Below, in pieces: positions 20,556 to 29,459 of a stretch of DNA of 64,000 bases. The notes beneath the pieces were generated by a model. The model searched no databases. It was not told the origin of the DNA and worked only from the letters and a program-made list of their open reading frames with translations. The stretch comes from Cyclobacteriaceae bacterium (lineage in GTDB: Bacteria > Bacteroidota > Bacteroidia > Cytophagales > Cyclobacteriaceae): positions 154,643-218,642 of the forward strand of contig JBNKGL010000002.1 in assembly GCA_050289805.1 (NCBI GenBank), given 5' to 3'. The position numbers and the translations under genes are program-made. Within the stretch, counting starts at the first letter, position 1; every line of letters begins with the position of its first letter.

Positions 20556-20912
20556 ATGAAAAAATTGAAAAACAATGTTCGGTTAATTGGTCGGTTGGGT
20601 AAAGATCCTGAGGTGCGGAATCTTCCCGGAGGTAAAATGGTGGCAAATTTTTCCCTGGCGACTTCGGATAATTATAAAAATGGAGATGGAGAACGGGTCG
20701 AAGAGACGCAGTGGCATAATATTGTTGTATGGGGGAAGTTGGCTGAAATTGCTTCGGATTATCTGAAAAAGGGTAATGAAGTGGCACTGGAAGGAAAGCT
20801 GATACATCGGAAATATGAAACAGGAAAAGGCGAGGTTCGTTATATTACAGAGATAAATGTCGACGAAATACTGATGCTCGGCCCGAAATCAGCGAAGGCT
20901 GCAAAAAGTTAG
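20556..20912 (+). CDS. ssb: Single-stranded DNA-binding protein, short form lacking the acidic C-terminal tip
   Basis: OB-fold core NNVRLIGRLGKDPEVR...TQWHNIVVWGKLAE...VALEGKL. 118 aa. Ends ...GPKSAKAAKS rather than the D-D-D-(I/L)-P-F type tail. Confidence 0.85.
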   Translation: MKKLKNNVRLIGRLGKDPEVRNLPGGKMVANFSLATSDNYKNGDGERVEETQWHNIVVWGKLAEIASDYLKKGNEVALEGKLIHRKYETGKGEVRYITEINVDEILMLGPKSAKAAKS

Positions 20913-20957
20913 TTACGGTTAATGCCGGGGAAGTAGCAGAGGTATGGGTGTTTTTAC

Positions 20958-20965
20958 TACTTTTG
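20958..20965 (+). promoter_or_regulatory. -7 box (TAnnTTTG) for the BatA-domain gene
   Basis: Exact TACTTTTG, 6 nt upstream of the ATG at 20972. Implies a very short leader. Confidence 0.35.
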
Positions 20966-20971
20966 CATCAA

Positions 20972-22969
20972 ATGAGTTTTCAGAATCCTCAGCTTCTTTT
21001 TGGTCTTTTAGCACTGGTCATTCCAATTCTGATCCATTTTTTTAATTTTCGTAAAACCAGGAAAGTATATTTTTCCAATACACGTTTTCTGCAGAAGGTT
21101 AAGGAATCGACAGCGACCCGGAAACGGCTCAAGCATTACCTTATTCTGGCATCAAGACTGTTATTTATCTTTTTTCTGGTTCTTGCCTTTGCACAGCCAT
21201 TCCTGCCGGCAAAGGAGAGCAATGCGTCGGGTGAACCCGTATTTGTTTATATCGACAATTCCTGGAGTATGAGTAATGAAGTGGAAGACGGGATTACTGC
21301 GTTGGACAGGGGCATTGGGTTCCTGGATGAGTTGATCAGTAAGTTTCCTTCAACCACTCAGTACAAATTGCTTACCAATGATTTCCTCGCATCTTCAAAG
21401 ACCCTGAAGAGTGCCCGGGAAATGGAGGAGCTGATAACAGAAATCAAGTATAGCGGTGTTCCCCGAAGTATGGAGGAGATTTTGAGCCGGTTTGACGCTG
21501 ATAATCAGGGCAATGGAGTAAATCTGTTTTGGCTGAGTGATTTTCAGAAGTCTACCATCGGTGAGGAAAGCCTGACATTCGACAGTACTCAGCAAATGAA
21601 TATCATTCCTCTTGAATTCAGTAATGATGCGAATGTTTATGTGGACTCCCTCTATGTTGAAAACCCTCTGATGATTACCGATGAGCAGGTGAAGCTGCAT
21701 GTTGTATTCAAGAAAGTTGGCGGGTCGGGAACGGGTGAGGTCATCGCAAAGGTTTATCTCGATGGAGTTCAATCAGGTACCGCCAGTGTTTCCCTTGCGG
21801 CAAATGGACGGGAGGAGCTGGTTTTTGATTTATCGATTGACCGTTCCCAGCCACATCGGGGGAAAATTTCATTCGAGGAGTTTCCGGTAACTTTCGATAA
21901 TGAGTTCAATTTTGTGCTTAATATCCCCGAAACCATTGTAGTTCTTGATATTAAAAATGACGACGCAGTAACACCGGTTGAACTTGTTTTTGGAAATTCA
22001 GATTTATTCGACCTGGTATCACAGCCGGCCTCGAATTTGGATTATAACAGAATTGAGTTATCCGACCTCGTGGTGATCAATGGCATCAACGCTCTCGACC
22101 CCCCATTGGCAGGAGCGATAAACAGGTATGTCGATGCAGGAGGGACATTGCTAATTATTCCAGGGAATGATCCTTCCATTGAATCCTACAAGGCCGTCAA
22201 TGGGATTTCCGGTTTAGAGATCTATGACTCTGCAGGGCTTACTTCAATAGGAACACCTGATTACTCCAATCCGTTTTTCGACAATATTTTCGAAGAAAGA
22301 ACGGATCGTCTCCAAATGCCGGCAGCAATACCACTGGTCAGTTCGCCTGGATTCAATGAAAGGATCCTGGCATTTCCGGATGGAAAATCATTCCTGTCTG
22401 TCCGTCGTGGAAGCGGAGATATCTATCTGATGTCGACGCCCCTGGACGATGAATTTGGAAATTTTGCGCGTCATGCCCTCTTTGTTCCCGTAATGTATAA
22501 GATTGCGGTGTCCGGCAAATCGGAGCGCAATGAATTGTATCGATACATTAACCGCAGTTCATTTTCATTAAAGCAGGATAGTGCAGTTGTTGATGCGCTT
22601 TACAGATTAGTGCGGGAGGATGAAGAAATTATACCGCAACAGCGTATCGATGGAAACCGCATTTATTTTGAAGTTCCCAGGTTTACACTTTCGACGGGAT
22701 TTTATGAGTTATTCCGGGATGATACCTTTCTGGGCCTGGTGGCATTTAATACAGACCCTGAAGAGTCTGATATTCGTCAGATGACTACAGATGAGGTTGT
22801 GAGTTCATACCAGGGTAAGCTTGTTGATATCATCTCCTCCGACAGCCAAAATGATTTTGCCGGGGTTATTTCTGAAAAATATATTGGAAAGACGCTATGG
22901 AAAGAGGCTCTGATGCTGGCATTGTTATTTTTATTGCTGGAAGTTTTACTGATACGATTTATGCCTTAA
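20972..22969 (+). CDS. BatA-domain (aerotolerance regulator N-terminal) membrane protein
   Basis: N-terminus MSFQNPQLLFGLLALVIPILIHFFNFRKTRKVYFSNTRFL. C-terminal TM segment. The ATG at 20972 is preceded by an exact TAnnTTTG box. The listed ORF starts at GTG 20948. Confidence 0.8.
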   Translation: MSFQNPQLLFGLLALVIPILIHFFNFRKTRKVYFSNTRFLQKVKESTATRKRLKHYLILASRLLFIFFLVLAFAQPFLPAKESNASGEPVFVYIDNSWSMSNEVEDGITALDRGIGFLDELISKFPSTTQYKLLTNDFLASSKTLKSAREMEELITEIKYSGVPRSMEEILSRFDADNQGNGVNLFWLSDFQKSTIGEESLTFDSTQQMNIIPLEFSNDANVYVDSLYVENPLMITDEQVKLHVVFKKVGGSGTGEVIAKVYLDGVQSGTASVSLAANGREELVFDLSIDRSQPHRGKISFEEFPVTFDNEFNFVLNIPETIVVLDIKNDDAVTPVELVFGNSDLFDLVSQPASNLDYNRIELSDLVVINGINALDPPLAGAINRYVDAGGTLLIIPGNDPSIESYKAVNGISGLEIYDSAGLTSIGTPDYSNPFFDNIFEERTDRLQMPAAIPLVSSPGFNERILAFPDGKSFLSVRRGSGDIYLMSTPLDDEFGNFARHALFVPVMYKIAVSGKSERNELYRYINRSSFSLKQDSAVVDALYRLVREDEEIIPQQRIDGNRIYFEVPRFTLSTGFYELFRDDTFLGLVAFNTDPEESDIRQMTTDEVVSSYQGKLVDIISSDSQNDFAGVISEKYIGKTLWKEALMLALLFLLLEVLLIRFMP

Positions 22970-22993
22970 TTTGCAATTAATTATTAAGCCCGA

Positions 22994-24247
22994 ATGAAAT
23001 TATTGATTAAAGGTGCACGAATCTGTGATCGGAACTCTCCATATCATGGTAAAGTAAAGGATGTGCTCATTGAGCGGGGAAGAATAAGTATATCACCTGC
23101 CGACACAAAAACAGATAAAGTAATTAATGCCAAAGGCATGATCCTCACCCCGGGATGGGTTGATATGTGGTGTTGGCTGGCAGACCCCGGTTTTGAGCAT
23201 AAAGAGACACTGGAGTCCGGGCTGAGTGCAGCTGCCGCCGGAGGATTCACAGGTGTTGCTCTTCTTCCCAATAATCAACCGGTTACACAATCGAAAAATG
23301 ATGTTATATCGCTCAGAAATGCCTCAAGTGGTGTGACTGAAATTTTACCGCTTGCAGCAGTTACCCGGGATACCAATGGAACAGAACTAACGGAGATGAT
23401 TGATTTGAATGAAGCCGGGGCCAGTGGTTTTACGGATGGATTCAATCCGATCTGGCATTCAGATATTCTCCTGAAAAGTTTGCAATACCTCCAGAAATTT
23501 GACGGGATTTTGATCAACCGTCCTGAAGACCGTCACCTGACTCAATTCGGAACAATGCACGAGGGGATTCAGAGCACAATGCTGGGAATGAAGGGCATGC
23601 CCGAACTGGCTGAATCACTCATGATCAGCCGTGACATAGACCTTCTCAGGTATGCGGGTGGCAAGATTCATTTTAGCACTGTTTCTGCAACAGAATCTGT
23701 AACACTCATCAGGCAGGCGAAAAAGGAAGGCCTGAATGTAACCTGTGACATGGCCGCTTTTCAAACGGCTTTTCTGGACGAAGATCTGAGTGATTTTGAT
23801 ACGAATTACAAGGTGAATCCGCCATTTAGAACGAAAGCAAATCGCCGTGCATTGATCAGGGGGTTGAAAGATGATACCATTGATGTGATCGTTTCCGCAC
23901 ATTGTCCTCAGGATGAGGAGTGTAAAAAACTGGAATTTGATCTCGCAGATTTTGGCTTGATCGGGTTACAGACCCTCGGAGCGAACCTCGTATCACTTTC
24001 TTCAGAAATTCCATTGGAACAATTACTGGATAAGGTTTCTGTACGGCCCAGGGAGATTCTGGGAATGCCTGATGCTGTGATAAATGACGGGGAGGAAGCG
24101 AACCTTACCCTTTTTGACCCGTCTGCCGAATGGGAATTAAATGCTTCTACCAACCGCAGTAATTCCATCAATAGTCCATACTGGAATAAGAAACTAACCG
24201 GGAAAGCGGTAGCGGTTATACGTGGCACTTCAACCGAGCTATTTTAA
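22994..24247 (+). CDS. Dihydroorotase-like protein with a degenerate active site (probably non-catalytic, PyrC'-like)
   Basis: Clear class I DHOase fold similarity (PGWVD...ADPGFEHKETLESG..AAAAGGFT). However, the HxH is WCW (DMWCWLADPG), HAED is NRPED, the HVS(T) histidine is T (HFSTVSA), and the TDHAPH motif is SAHCPQ. Confidence 0.8.
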   Translation: MKLLIKGARICDRNSPYHGKVKDVLIERGRISISPADTKTDKVINAKGMILTPGWVDMWCWLADPGFEHKETLESGLSAAAAGGFTGVALLPNNQPVTQSKNDVISLRNASSGVTEILPLAAVTRDTNGTELTEMIDLNEAGASGFTDGFNPIWHSDILLKSLQYLQKFDGILINRPEDRHLTQFGTMHEGIQSTMLGMKGMPELAESLMISRDIDLLRYAGGKIHFSTVSATESVTLIRQAKKEGLNVTCDMAAFQTAFLDEDLSDFDTNYKVNPPFRTKANRRALIRGLKDDTIDVIVSAHCPQDEECKKLEFDLADFGLIGLQTLGANLVSLSSEIPLEQLLDKVSVRPREILGMPDAVINDGEEANLTLFDPSAEWELNASTNRSNSINSPYWNKKLTGKAVAVIRGTSTELF

Positions 24248-24248
24248 A

Positions 24249-24779
24249 ATGACTATTCCGCCAATTCTTCGGGTCCCGCTCAAATATGGTTTTTTTGGTG
24301 GATTACTGGGTATTGTAGTGATTTTGTTCCTTTATTACTACGGAGGGAATCACCCTCAGCTATACCCCGTTTTTCTGGATTTCCGGATCATACTTTTCGC
24401 CATTTTTATATTCTTTAGTATTCGTGAATTCAGGGATTATAAACAGGCAGGAGTTCTTCATTTCTGGCAGGGCATGATCATAGGGATGACCTGTTACATT
24501 ATGATTTCCCTTGTGGTATCAGTTTTTCTGGGAGTTTTTGGAAATCTGGTGCCGGAATATACCGAGCGTTATATTGCTGAAATTGGAACAATCCTTACTG
24601 AGAGCAGATCTCAAATAATTGAAAAGGTTGGGGATGAGGCGTATCAAAATCAAATTACAACATTGCCGTTTACCACGATTACTGACCTTGCAGTGGATTA
24701 TTTACTGAAAAGTATGTTTATAGGGTTATTTTTAACCATAGTAATTTCTGTTATCTTAAGACGTCAACCTAAAATTTAG
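24249..24779 (+). CDS. DUF4199-family membrane protein
   Basis: ~176 aa, multi-TM, with N-terminus PLKYGFFGGLLGIVVILFLYY typical of DUF4199. The ATG lies 1 nt after the upstream stop. Confidence 0.7.
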   Translation: MTIPPILRVPLKYGFFGGLLGIVVILFLYYYGGNHPQLYPVFLDFRIILFAIFIFFSIREFRDYKQAGVLHFWQGMIIGMTCYIMISLVVSVFLGVFGNLVPEYTERYIAEIGTILTESRSQIIEKVGDEAYQNQITTLPFTTITDLAVDYLLKSMFIGLFLTIVISVILRRQPKI

Positions 24780-24783
24780 AATT

Positions 24784-25320
24784 ATGGAAATGGAAGTAGA
24801 ATTTGTAGATCCACCCTCAGTAGGTAAAATTGCTTTCAAATGGGGACTTATCACCGGATTGATAATGATCGTTTATTCAGTCATTATCAATATGTCTGGT
24901 CAGATTGGAAATCAGGCCTTAAGTTCTGTATCCTATCTGTTTCTTATAATAGGTATTTTTATGGCCCACAAAGAATTCAAGAATTCGGGTGATGGCTTCA
25001 TGTCGTACGGGAAGGGCCTTGGATTGGGTACATTAACGACTTTGATAGCTGCTGTACTGAGTGCCATTTTCTCATACATTTACATGACAATGATCGATCC
25101 CACCATAATGGATGTGATCAGGGATCAGCAGATTATGGAAATGGAAGGCCGAGGTATGTCGGATGCACAGATTGAGCAGTCGCTGAGCATGATGGAGTCC
25201 TTCATGTCTCCCGGGTTCATATCAATTGTTGCTGTTTTCATCGTCACATTAGTTGGGTTTATTTTATCTTTGATCATTACTGCGTTCACGAAGAATAGCA
25301 ACCCCGAACTGGAGATGTAA
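24784..25320 (+). CDS. DUF4199-family membrane protein (tandem paralogue)
   Basis: 178 aa with FKWGLITGLIMIVYSVI and 4 TM segments. It has the same architecture as the preceding gene. Confidence 0.7.
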   Translation: MEMEVEFVDPPSVGKIAFKWGLITGLIMIVYSVIINMSGQIGNQALSSVSYLFLIIGIFMAHKEFKNSGDGFMSYGKGLGLGTLTTLIAAVLSAIFSYIYMTMIDPTIMDVIRDQQIMEMEGRGMSDAQIEQSLSMMESFMSPGFISIVAVFIVTLVGFILSLIITAFTKNSNPELEM

Positions 25321-25321
25321 T

Positions 25322-26290
25322 ATGAATGATATGCCTGATGTTTCGGTTGTAATTCCGCTATACAATGAGGAGGAATCACTTCCGGAGCTAAATGAATGGA
25401 TAAGCCGTGTGATGCAAACACACGGCTTTACTTATGAAGTTATTTTTGTTGATGACGGGAGTTCCGATCGTTCCTGGGAAATTGTTCAGGATTTGAATCA
25501 GAAATATCCCCAGGTGAAAGGAATTCGGTTTAATCGAAATTTTGGTAAATCTGCGGCACTGAATACCGGATTCAAAGCTTCATCCGGAAAGGTGGTGATA
25601 TCCATGGATGCAGATTTACAGGATTCTCCGGATGAGATACCTGAACTTTACAGAATGATCACCCAGGAGGGCTATGACATGGTCTCCGGGTGGAAAAAAG
25701 TTCGTCATGACCCGCTTAGCAAAACGATCCCTTCGCGCTTTTTTAACCGGGTGACCCGACAGATCTCCGGCATAAAATTGCATGACTTTAATTGCGGACT
25801 CAAAGCCTATCGGGGAGACGTGGTAAAACATATTCAGGTATATGGAGAAATGCACCGGTATATTCCGGTGATTGCCAAATGGAACGGATACAAGCAAATA
25901 GGAGAGAAGGTCGTTGAACATCGGCCACGTAAATACGGTACTACAAAATTTGGATTCGAGCGGTTCATTACCGGGTTTCTGGATCTTCTTTCGGTCACCT
26001 TCGTATCCAAGTTCCGGCAAAAACCGATGCACTTTTTTGGAACACTGGGTACTTTGTCGTTCCTGACCGGGTTTTTTATCACCCTGTGGGTTATCGGACA
26101 AAAGATCTATGGGATCTACTCCGGACATGAGGTTCGTGATGTCGTGGACCAGCCTTTGTTTTTCCTGGCACTGGTCGCTCTGATTGTAGGCGTACAACTG
26201 TTCCTGACAGGTTTTCTCGCTGAGATGATGGCTATGAGATCACAGTCTGCCAAGGAATATCTGATTTCGAATCGACTGGGTTTTGATTAA
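25322..26290 (+). CDS. GT2 polyprenyl-phosphate glycosyltransferase (Dpm1/GtrB/ArnC-like)
   Basis: Motifs VSVVIPLYNEEESL, FVDDGSSDRS and MDADLQDSP. Two C-terminal TM helices. Confidence 0.85.
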   Translation: MNDMPDVSVVIPLYNEEESLPELNEWISRVMQTHGFTYEVIFVDDGSSDRSWEIVQDLNQKYPQVKGIRFNRNFGKSAALNTGFKASSGKVVISMDADLQDSPDEIPELYRMITQEGYDMVSGWKKVRHDPLSKTIPSRFFNRVTRQISGIKLHDFNCGLKAYRGDVVKHIQVYGEMHRYIPVIAKWNGYKQIGEKVVEHRPRKYGTTKFGFERFITGFLDLLSVTFVSKFRQKPMHFFGTLGTLSFLTGFFITLWVIGQKIYGIYSGHEVRDVVDQPLFFLALVALIVGVQLFLTGFLAEMMAMRSQSAKEYLISNRLGFD

Positions 26291-27255
26291 TGCATTTTTA
26301 TTCAGTTATCATACCGGTCTATAATCGCCCGGACGAGATTGAAGAGCTTCTGGAAAGCCTTTGCAGGCAACGCTATAAAAATTTTGAGGTCATTGTTATC
26401 GAAGACGGCTCAACAAACCGATGTGAGCATGTAGTTGATAAGTTCAGGAACGACTTATCGATATCCTATATTGAAAAGGAGAACAGCGGGCAGGGATTCA
26501 GCCGTAATGTGGGATTTGAGGCAGCCAAAGGAGACTATTTTGTTGTTTTCGATTCCGACTGTATCATTCCTGAACATTATTTTGAAGCGGTTGAAAATTA
26601 CCTATCCAACGACAAACTTGATGCATTTGGAGGTCCGGATCGATCACACCCTTCCTTTACCCTGTTGCAAAAGGCTATCAGCTGCTCGATGACCTCACCC
26701 CTCACTACCGGTGGCATCAGAGGAGGTAAAAAGCGACTTGGACCTTTTCACCCCAGAAGTTTTAATATGGGTATATCAAGAGATGTATTCGAAAAGGCAG
26801 GTGGATATATCATTACACGCATGGGAGAGGATATCGAATTCAGTATCCGTATTCACCAATCCGGGTTTAGGGTCGGCTTGATTCCCGATGCCTTTGTTTA
26901 TCATAAAAGGAGAACCAGTTTAGCCGATTTCTACCGGCAATTACATTTTTTTGGACGTGCAAGAATCAATATCGGCCGATTTTTTCCCGGAGAAATCAGG
27001 CTTGTTCATTTTTTTCCGGCACTGTTCACGCTGGGATTCATTTTTCTTTGGATTCTTCCGTTCATTTCACCGGAGCTTTTTAAAATAGGGGCCGGGCTTT
27101 ATATCATCTATTTTATACTTCTCTTCATCACAGCGCTGTTTAAAACAAAAAATCTGCTCGTTTCGCTGCTGTGTGTACCTGCTGGTTTCATCCAGTTATT
27201 CGCCTACGGCATGGGATTTATTACCGAGGGATGGCGGAGAATCACGAAAGGATAG
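26290..27255 (+). CDS. GT2 glycosyltransferase with a C-terminal membrane domain
   Basis: Motifs YSVIIPVYNRPDEIEELL, VIVIEDGS and FDSDC. C-terminal TM segments. 1-nt overlap with the upstream gene. Confidence 0.85.
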   Translation: MHFYSVIIPVYNRPDEIEELLESLCRQRYKNFEVIVIEDGSTNRCEHVVDKFRNDLSISYIEKENSGQGFSRNVGFEAAKGDYFVVFDSDCIIPEHYFEAVENYLSNDKLDAFGGPDRSHPSFTLLQKAISCSMTSPLTTGGIRGGKKRLGPFHPRSFNMGISRDVFEKAGGYIITRMGEDIEFSIRIHQSGFRVGLIPDAFVYHKRRTSLADFYRQLHFFGRARINIGRFFPGEIRLVHFFPALFTLGFIFLWILPFISPELFKIGAGLYIIYFILLFITALFKTKNLLVSLLCVPAGFIQLFAYGMGFITEGWRRITKG

Positions 27256-28021
27256 GTTTCCTTGAAAAGTAAATTATTTCCCTCGGAGGCAGGGCATATT
27301 TCCGGATAAGTTCCGGCCCGAGTTCTTCGGCATAATGGTCTTCACGCACCTCGAAACCTACAGATCGTATCCGGTCTGCATAATCTTTTCCATACAGGCG
27401 CACATGGTCATCCTGTCCGTAAGCTTTTTCTCTTTCCGAAGGCTTAACGATGGATTTATCTTCCTGGGTCACGTCGGGAATGGGTGAGAAGAAAGGAACC
27501 TGCATAATGGCCCACCCACCGGGCTTTAAAACCCGGAATATTTCTGCCATTGCCCTGATATCATTATCGACATGTTCCATAACATGATTGCACATGACGA
27601 TATCGAAAGTGTTTTCCTCAAATGGAATTTCATGGATATCCATTTTAACTTTTGCAAGTGGAGACTCTAAGTCGGCGGTTATATATCCTTCCCCATGCAT
27701 TTTTTCAAAAGGCTTCATGAAACATTGTTCGGGAGCAACATGCAGAAATGACGCGGGTTTTTCGAAGAAATCTGTGCGATCCTGAAGATAAAGCCAAAGC
27801 AGGCGATGACGTTCAAGTGAAAGTGAGTCGGGACACAGGGCATTCTCCCTTGGCTTTAGTCTGCCATAGGGCAGGAATTTGCGATAGCTGCGGTTAATAA
27901 TGGGGCATGTTACATTGTTGCCGCGCAAAAATATACCGGCAATTTTGAGCGCCGGTCCATTTACAAGCTGAAGATATTTCCGTGGCACATTACGGAGTAA
28001 AAAACTAACGAGTCGTTTCAT
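27242..28021 (-). CDS. Class I SAM-dependent methyltransferase
   Basis: Methyltransf_11-like FDIVMCNHVMEHV...RVLKPGGWAIMQVP. The ATG at 28021 (MKRLVSFLL) is preferred over the listed 28129 start. Overlaps the GT2 3' end by 14 nt (convergent). Confidence 0.8.
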   Translation of the reverse strand: MKRLVSFLLRNVPRKYLQLVNGPALKIAGIFLRGNNVTCPIINRSYRKFLPYGRLKPRENALCPDSLSLERHRLLWLYLQDRTDFFEKPASFLHVAPEQCFMKPFEKMHGEGYITADLESPLAKVKMDIHEIPFEENTFDIVMCNHVMEHVDNDIRAMAEIFRVLKPGGWAIMQVPFFSPIPDVTQEDKSIVKPSEREKAYGQDDHVRLYGKDYADRIRSVGFEVREDHYAEELGPELIRKYALPPREIIYFSRKPILS

Positions 28022-28146
28022 GCGTTGTAAAGATAGAGATTGTACGGAAAAATGCAGTTTTATCTGAATACTGATAATCGCCGATACATTTATATCGGCG
28101 GTATCGTTGTTGTTTTTGTGGTAAGACAATTCCGAAGCTAAACCTC

Positions 28147-28154
28147 TAACTTTG
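28147..28154 (+). promoter_or_regulatory. -7 box (TAnnTTTG) for the macA-macB-tolC-like operon
   Basis: Exact TAACTTTG, 19 nt upstream of the ATG at 28174. Confidence 0.4.
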
Positions 28155-28173
28155 AACTATAAACGTTGGTTAC

Positions 28174-29457
28174 ATGAAAAAGAGATATTGGTTGTACATA
28201 GTTATTGCTGTTGCCGCAATAGCAATCACATACATGGTTACCCAGGGTGGAGAGACCGATGAACGGGATATCCTCGTAACTGCGAAACGAGGTGATTTCA
28301 CAGTTGAAATTACTACTTCAGGGGAACTTGAGGCGCGGAATTCGGTGAATATTCTCGGACCTTCAGGATTGCGCTCGGTCGGGATCTGGCGTGTGGAGAT
28401 CAGGGATATCGTAGATGAAGGCACAAAAGTTAAAAAGGGTGATTATGTCGCACAACTGGACCAAACGGAAATTCTTAGCCGTACTGAATCCAGTGATATA
28501 GAAGTACAGCAAAGCCTTTCTGAATACACCCAGGTACAGCTGGATACAGCACTTGAATTGCGCCGCGCCCGGGACGAATTGATTAATCTGAAATTTGCCG
28601 TTGAGGAAAGGGAAATTATCCTGTCGCAATCTCAATATGAACCTCCGGCAACTATCAAACAGGCGGAGATCAACGTGGAGAAAGCTCAACGTGCCTACCA
28701 GCAAGCGCAGGAAAACTATAAACTTACCAAAAGAAAGGCAGCCGCACGGATGGCAGAAGCTGCAGCAGACCTGAGGGAAGATCAGGTTGAGCTTGACCGT
28801 CTGAAGGCTTTACTTTCCCAATTCAGGATTACCGCACCGGAAGACGGAATGGTAACGTATAAACGGGGCCGGAACGGACAGAAGCAGGGTGTCGGATCTA
28901 CCATTGAACCGTGGGATCCAACCGTTGCCACACTTCCTGATCTTGGAAGGATGATGTCCAGGACCTATGTAAATGAAATTGATATCAGGTCGGTGCAGAA
29001 GGGACAGCCGGTTAAATTAGGCCTGGATGCATATCCGGAGAAAGAACTTACAGGAGTTGTGATCGATGTTGCAAATATTGGTGAACAACGACCTAATTCT
29101 GATGCAAAGGTTTTCCTTGTGAATATTGAAATAAATGAGACCGATACAACGCTGAGGCCTTCAATGACTACCAGCAACACGATCCTTGCCGAACGCATTC
29201 CGGATGTGGTGTTCGTACCACTTGAATGTCTGCATAATCAGGGCGACTCGCTTACGTATGTCATCAGGAAAAACGGATTGTCATATTCCCGTCAGCAGGT
29301 TTTAGTTGGAAAGACCAATGCGAATGAAGCCGTTATTCTCGATGGTGTTACGGAAGGAGATGAATTGTATCTTTCAATTCCTCCGGATGTGGAAGATACT
29401 CCATTGGCACTTCTTTCAGATGTTTCCGATAACGTCGCGATAAAAGAAGAGAACTAG
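28174..29457 (+). CDS. Efflux periplasmic adaptor (HlyD/MacA family)
   Basis: N-terminal TM segment, long coiled-coil hairpin and beta-barrel domain (GMVTYKRG...). 427 aa. Confidence 0.85.
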   Translation: MKKRYWLYIVIAVAAIAITYMVTQGGETDERDILVTAKRGDFTVEITTSGELEARNSVNILGPSGLRSVGIWRVEIRDIVDEGTKVKKGDYVAQLDQTEILSRTESSDIEVQQSLSEYTQVQLDTALELRRARDELINLKFAVEEREIILSQSQYEPPATIKQAEINVEKAQRAYQQAQENYKLTKRKAAARMAEAAADLREDQVELDRLKALLSQFRITAPEDGMVTYKRGRNGQKQGVGSTIEPWDPTVATLPDLGRMMSRTYVNEIDIRSVQKGQPVKLGLDAYPEKELTGVVIDVANIGEQRPNSDAKVFLVNIEINETDTTLRPSMTTSNTILAERIPDVVFVPLECLHNQGDSLTYVIRKNGLSYSRQQVLVGKTNANEAVILDGVTEGDELYLSIPPDVEDTPLALLSDVSDNVAIKEEN

Positions 29458-29459
29458 AT

